This document shows positions 8,679 through 12,459 of a stretch of DNA of 12,459 nt, one piece after another (positions within the stretch are counted from its first letter, which is position 1; every line of letters begins with the position of its first letter). Under the pieces are notes generated by a model that saw only the letters and a list, made by a program, of their open reading frames with translations, did no database searches and was not told the origin of the DNA. A program made the position numbers and the translations under genes. The stretch comes from Acidobacteriota bacterium (GTDB lineage: Bacteria; Acidobacteriota; UBA6911; JACQSX01): assembly GCA_036507075.1 (NCBI GenBank), contig DASXQR010000015.1, positions 1 through 12,459 on the forward strand, read 5' to 3'.

Positions 8679-9169
8679 TGTCTGAAAAAATCCTTACCCT
8701 GCAGCAGGCCTGCAGCAAATGCTCACAGTTGAAGCAGAAGGGGCGCCGAATCGTCCTGGCCAACGGCTGCTTTGATTTGATCCATGTGGGACACGTCCGG
8801 TATCTGGAAGCGGCCCGCGCCGCAGGAGATATTTTGATTGTCGCTGTTAATTCGGATGAAAGCGTCCGGAAATTGAAAGGCCCCGGCAGGCCGCTGATTC
8901 CGGAGCGGGGCCGGGCCGAAATGATTGCCGCGTTCGATTGTGTCGACTATGTAATTGTCTTTTCCGAACAAACACTGGAAACCGTGCTGCTGGCTCTCAA
9001 GCCGGATGTGCACGCCAAGGGTACCGATTACACCGAAGAGTCGGTGCCCGAGCGCGAAGTAGTGCGGAGCTTTGGCGGCACAACGGCGATCGTCGGAGAC
9101 CCGAAGGACCATTCCTCGCGTGATTTAATTCGCAAAATCCTTGAAAATAGCAAGGATGCCAGCGCCTAA
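8675..9169 (+). CDS. rfaE2: D-glycero-beta-D-manno-heptose-1-phosphate adenylyltransferase (stand-alone HldE/RfaE domain II)
   Basis: NGCFDLIHVGHVRYL (HIGH-like), VNSDESVRKLKGPGRP, KPDVHAKGTDY; ATGA overlap with the upstream gene. Confidence 0.9.
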   Translation: MMSEKILTLQQACSKCSQLKQKGRRIVLANGCFDLIHVGHVRYLEAARAAGDILIVAVNSDESVRKLKGPGRPLIPERGRAEMIAAFDCVDYVIVFSEQTLETVLLALKPDVHAKGTDYTEESVPEREVVRSFGGTTAIVGDPKDHSSRDLIRKILENSKDASA

Positions 9170-10235
9170 GTTTCTGTTAGTTCGGCTCACGGCGATTGGA
9201 GATGTGATCCACGCGTTGCCGGCGGTGATGGACCTGCGGTCTTCTTTTCCCGAGGCGGAAATAGACTGGCTGGTGGAAACAACCGCCGCTCCTCTGATTC
9301 GCAACTCGCAAATTGTCAGCCGGGTAATCGAAATCTCAACGCGTCGCTGGCGGGAGCGTATGCTTGCCCCCGTCACGCTGCGGCAGATTGGCGGCACTGT
9401 CGCCACCCTGCGCCGGGGCCGCTATGACTGGGCAGTGGATTTTCAAGGCCTCTGGAAATCGGCTCTGCTTGCCCGATTGTCCGGGGCGCGAGAAGTGATC
9501 GGCTTTCACTCATCGGACCTGCGAGAGTCCTCTGCGCGCGTTCTCTATAGTCTCCAGGCCGGCCCGGCGCGCGGCATGCACCGCATCGAGCGTAATCGGA
9601 ACCTGTTGAAGATCGCCGGTCTTCATCCATCGGGGCCGGCGCGGTATCCCGCAACGCTCTGGACGGAGGAAGACCGCAGGAATGTAGAGAAGTTATCGCG
9701 GGGGTTGGACGGCTCTCTGGTAGTGATCAATCCGGGAGGAGCCTGGCCCACCAAACTTTGGCGGGCTTCCAGATTCGGCCAACTGGCGCGCAGGATCCAT
9801 CAGGAATTCGGATATCAAATCGTTTGCACCTTCGGCCCCGGCGAAGAATCGCTGGTCCGTACGGTGCAGACCCACGCAAAACCAGCGCCAGTTGTGCCGC
9901 TGAAACTTTCCATCTCCGAGTTTGCCTGTTTTGTCCGCCGCGCGCGTATGTTCATCGGCGGGGATACGGGACCGATGCATATCGCCGCCGCTTTCCAGGT
10001 GCCGATACTTTCGGTTTTTGGGCCGACCAGCGTGCCTTCAACGGGCCCTTACCAGACGCCTCAGAAAGTGGTGCAGCACATCCTTCCCTGTTCGCACTGT
10101 TACAGGCGCAGTTGCTGGCATCACAGTTGTATGAAGATCGAGACCGACGAAGTCTGGAGCGGCTTTCTTGAGCTGCAGGAAGGTCTCAGCAGCTCGCGCT
10201 CCCAACCTGCTCACAATCTGGCTGGCCTCGAATGA
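9156..10235 (+). CDS. waaC: GT9 glycosyltransferase, heptosyltransferase I-like
   Basis: LLVRLTAIGDVIHALP, IDWLVE, DFQGLWKSA, GGDTGPMHIAAA, FGPT; start taken as ATG 9156. Exact heptose linkage is inferred. Confidence 0.75.
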   Translation: MPAPKFLLVRLTAIGDVIHALPAVMDLRSSFPEAEIDWLVETTAAPLIRNSQIVSRVIEISTRRWRERMLAPVTLRQIGGTVATLRRGRYDWAVDFQGLWKSALLARLSGAREVIGFHSSDLRESSARVLYSLQAGPARGMHRIERNRNLLKIAGLHPSGPARYPATLWTEEDRRNVEKLSRGLDGSLVVINPGGAWPTKLWRASRFGQLARRIHQEFGYQIVCTFGPGEESLVRTVQTHAKPAPVVPLKLSISEFACFVRRARMFIGGDTGPMHIAAAFQVPILSVFGPTSVPSTGPYQTPQKVVQHILPCSHCYRRSCWHHSCMKIETDEVWSGFLELQEGLSSSRSQPAHNLAGLE

Positions 10236-10266
10236 AACCAACTCCCTGCTGCTTCATCTAAATCCA

Positions 10267-10854
10267 ATGGGATTCGATTATGCAGCGATCCTGCAGAGAG
10301 TCCGTGTACCGATTCGAACCGTTTGGGTGGCATTCTTCCTCGTCTTTAGCCGGCCTACGGCAGATCTTGTCCTCGCCGGACTGGCGGTTTCGGTCGCGGG
10401 ACTCTGGATTCGAATCTGGGCGGCTGGGTGTATTGAAAAGAGTAGAGAGCTGGAAATGCGGGGGCCTTACCGATACACGCGCAATCCTTTGTATCTCGGC
10501 TCGTTTCTTGTCGGACTGGGCGGTTCAATCGCGTCAGGTAACCCCTGGCTGCTGCTCAGCTTTGTGGCGATTTTTGTCATGGTGTACGGACCGGTAATGA
10601 GACGCGAGGAACAAGAGTTGATGAAGCTCTTCCCCGAACATTTTCCCGCCTACCGGCGCAGTGTGCCGCTTTTTTTGCCCCGCTTCCGAGCGGCTCGCAT
10701 GAATACGAGAACCTCACCGGGAACTGAAACAGCGCCCCCCAGCGGCGAAAGGCGCTTTCGCTGGTTCCGAGTAACCCGCAATCGGGAGTACAACTCCATT
10801 CTTGGATTCGCGGCCGTCTTTGGCTGGATTCTTTTTCGCTTATGGGCAAGTTGA
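10267..10854 (+). CDS. ICMT/PEMT (Ste14-like) integral membrane SAM-dependent methyltransferase
   Basis: Several hydrophobic helices; GLWIRIWAAG, GPYRYTRNPLYLG, REEQELMKLF, YRRSVPLFLP family motifs; start taken as ATG 10267. Confidence 0.88.
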   Translation: MGFDYAAILQRVRVPIRTVWVAFFLVFSRPTADLVLAGLAVSVAGLWIRIWAAGCIEKSRELEMRGPYRYTRNPLYLGSFLVGLGGSIASGNPWLLLSFVAIFVMVYGPVMRREEQELMKLFPEHFPAYRRSVPLFLPRFRAARMNTRTSPGTETAPPSGERRFRWFRVTRNREYNSILGFAAVFGWILFRLWAS

Positions 10855-11684
10855 GAATTCGAGCGATTCTGTTTTTGCTTCTCTTCACCTTTGCGGCCGT
10901 ACCGGTGGGAAAACCGGCGGCCCGGCCGGCTCCTTTTCAAGCGGCCGAAACCGCCGCCTACGAAGTGAAGTGGAAGGCCCCGGTGTTTTTCCTCCCGAGC
11001 CTGCATGCCGGGCTGATGACGCTGCAGGTGCACCGGCCAACCATGCACGAAGGCGGCGCGGCATTGCATTTCAGCGCGGTCGCGAAATCGGACGGGGTCT
11101 TCCCAAAGCTCGGCGGAATCGTCGTCGACGATTCTTTCGATTCGCTGGTTTCGGCTGACGGTTTCTGTTCGCGCCGCGTGGTGAAGGTCCAGAAAGAAGG
11201 AGACAGAAAGCGCGAGATCGTCCTGACATTCGATCCGGAAAACAAGACCACTCACGTGCTGGAAAAGGACATCTCCGTCGCTCCGCCGCGCGTCGTAAGG
11301 AATGAAACCATGCCGCTGCCCGGCTGCGCCGTCGACGTGTTGTCTGTTTTCTACGCCGCCCGCCGGTTCGACCTTGAAATCGGAAGGAGTTTTAACATGC
11401 TGATGAGCGACAATGGTTCCAGCCGCCCCATCACCATTACCGTCGAGAAGCGCGAAAGCATCGAAACCGGCGAAGGAAGGATCCCCGCTTTAAAGATCCG
11501 AACCGGCTCGGCAATGGGTTTGTTTTCCTCCGGCGGTACTTTTTCCATCTGGTACTCGGACGACGAGTTGCGACTCCCCGTGAAATTCGAAGCCAAAGTA
11601 AGCTTCGGCCGGGTCTTCGGCTGGCTCAAATCCTACAGCGGCCCCTCCGGCGCCAGCCTGAAGCGCGAGACCGCCGCACGGTAG
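10842..11684 (+). CDS. Exported beta-rich protein, DUF3108-like
   Basis: Basic then hydrophobic signal peptide; ETAAYEVKW, DVLSVFYAARR, VEKRESIETGEGRIPALKI, IWYSDDELRLPVKFEAKVSFG resemble DUF3108 from memory; overlaps the upstream gene by 13 nt. Confidence 0.72.
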   Translation: MGKLRIRAILFLLLFTFAAVPVGKPAARPAPFQAAETAAYEVKWKAPVFFLPSLHAGLMTLQVHRPTMHEGGAALHFSAVAKSDGVFPKLGGIVVDDSFDSLVSADGFCSRRVVKVQKEGDRKREIVLTFDPENKTTHVLEKDISVAPPRVVRNETMPLPGCAVDVLSVFYAARRFDLEIGRSFNMLMSDNGSSRPITITVEKRESIETGEGRIPALKIRTGSAMGLFSSGGTFSIWYSDDELRLPVKFEAKVSFGRVFGWLKSYSGPSGASLKRETAAR

Positions 11685-11713
11685 CGGGAGAGACCTGACG
11701 TCAGCAAATCCTG

Positions 11714-11719
11714 TATAAT
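11714..11719 (+). promoter_or_regulatory. -10 element (TATAAT) of the rnpB promoter
   Basis: Perfect TATAAT about 12 nt upstream of the P1 helix of rnpB; no consensus -35. Confidence 0.65.
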
Positions 11720-11731
11720 AGAGCCTCAGAT

Positions 11732-12379
11732 TCACCAGAGTGGAGTAGGTGATCGCCGTTCAAGTGGCAAGTTATCAGGGGCAAGAATTACCAGTTAGCG
11801 AAGTTTGCCACGAAGGCACGAAGACACGAAGTCAACGATTCAGTTAGAAGTTTACTTCTGCGGCAGACAGGATTGATTTAGGAGAAGTGCCACTTCAACG
11901 CGTAATCCAGTGCTTCGTGGCTTCGTGGCTTCGTGGCAAACGCCAACTGGTAATTCTTGCACCCTGTTACCTTGCCACTTGAACGGAGGAAAGTCCGAAC
12001 ACCACTGGGCTGTGCGCTTCGTAACGCGAAGGATCCGCGAGGATACGGAAAGTGCCACAGAAAATACACAACCAGGTGACAAGTTGGCAGCGGCAAGAAT
12101 TACCAGTTTCACTGGTAACTCATGCCCCTGATCACTTGTCACTTGGAAATGGTGAAAAGGTGCGGTAAGAGCGCACCGCTTTCTTCGTGAGAAGAAAGGC
12201 AGGGTAAACCCCGCACGGTGCAAGACCAAATAGGCATCGCTGGTCCGCTTCGGACCGCTCGCGCCCAGGAGCTCCGCAAGGAAGAAGATGCGGGTAGGTC
12301 GCTTGAGGGAGAAGGCAACTTCTCTCCCAGATGAATGATCACCCCAGACAGAATTCGGCTTACAGCCCCACTCTGGTGA
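11732..12379 (+). ncRNA. rnpB: RNase P RNA, bacterial class A, greatly enlarged
   Basis: P1 TCACCAGAGTGG (11732-11743)/CCACTCTGGTGA (12368-12379); P2 GGTGATC/GATCACC; GAGGAAAGTCC (11986-11996); GAAAGTGCCACAGAAAA; GGTGAAAAGGTGCGGTAAGAGCGCACC; GGTAAACCCC; GCAAGACCAAATAGG; ACAGAATTCGGCTTAC (12348-12363). Confidence 0.97.
11803..11941. mobile_element. MITE-like element with 29-bp TIRs of CACGAAG(N) 8-mers, inserted in rnpB P3
   Basis: GTTTGCCACGAAGGCACGAAGACACGAAG (11803-11831) versus CTTCGTGGCTTCGTGGCTTCGTGGCAAAC (11913-11941), 27/29 complementary; second copy at 12411. Mobility is inferred. Confidence 0.7.
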
Positions 12380-12410
12380 TTCTGTGATCCGTAGTCAGTT
12401 TGAACCACGT

Positions 12411-12459
12411 TTTGCCACGAAGGCACGAAGACACGAAGTCAACGATTCAGTTAGAAGTT
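12411..12459 (+). repeat. Second copy (truncated by the window end) of the rnpB P3 insert
   Basis: 49/49 identical to 11804-11852, including 21 nt of unique interior sequence beyond the TIR. Confidence 0.92.

Noticed and set aside
11695..11704. Palindrome CTGACGTCAG upstream of the rnpB -10 box
   Set aside because: A single 10-bp palindrome is compatible with chance; no second copy noticed.
11851..11913. Interior of the P3 insert reads FTSAADRIDLGEVPLQRVIQC in one frame, faintly like a GxxExxY C-terminus
   Set aside because: Too short and weak to support without a profile search; no start codon.
11852..12426. ORFs overlapping rnpB
   Set aside because: Region is fully explained by the RNase P RNA and its inserts.
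11803..12459. Possible CRISPR array from the repeated CACGAAG units
   Set aside because: Only two direct copies 607 bp apart plus one inverted arm; no regular repeat-spacer pattern and no cas genes.

Overview
Bacterial chromosomal window, probably Acidobacteriota (inferred from the EF-Tu and S12 N-termini and the gene order, not proven). On the minus strand is the str operon rpsL-rpsG-fusA-tuf (tuf truncated), with a clear TTGACA-N17-TATAGT promoter. Divergent on the plus strand is a tightly coupled LPS operon: waaA, lpxK, waaF-like GT9, split HldE kinase and adenylyltransferase, waaC-like GT9, an ICMT/Ste14-type membrane methyltransferase and an exported DUF3108-like protein. It is followed by an unusually long (about 650 nt) class A RNase P RNA. 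The main unexplained structure is a set of dispersed palindromic elements of three kinds: 7-nt-period, 8-nt-period and GGAG-footed REP-like. They occupy several intergenic gaps, are nested inside helices P3 and P12 of the RNase P RNA, and sit between the Shine-Dalgarno and ATG of tuf. The methyltransferase in the LPS operon is a candidate lipid A/inner-core methylase.
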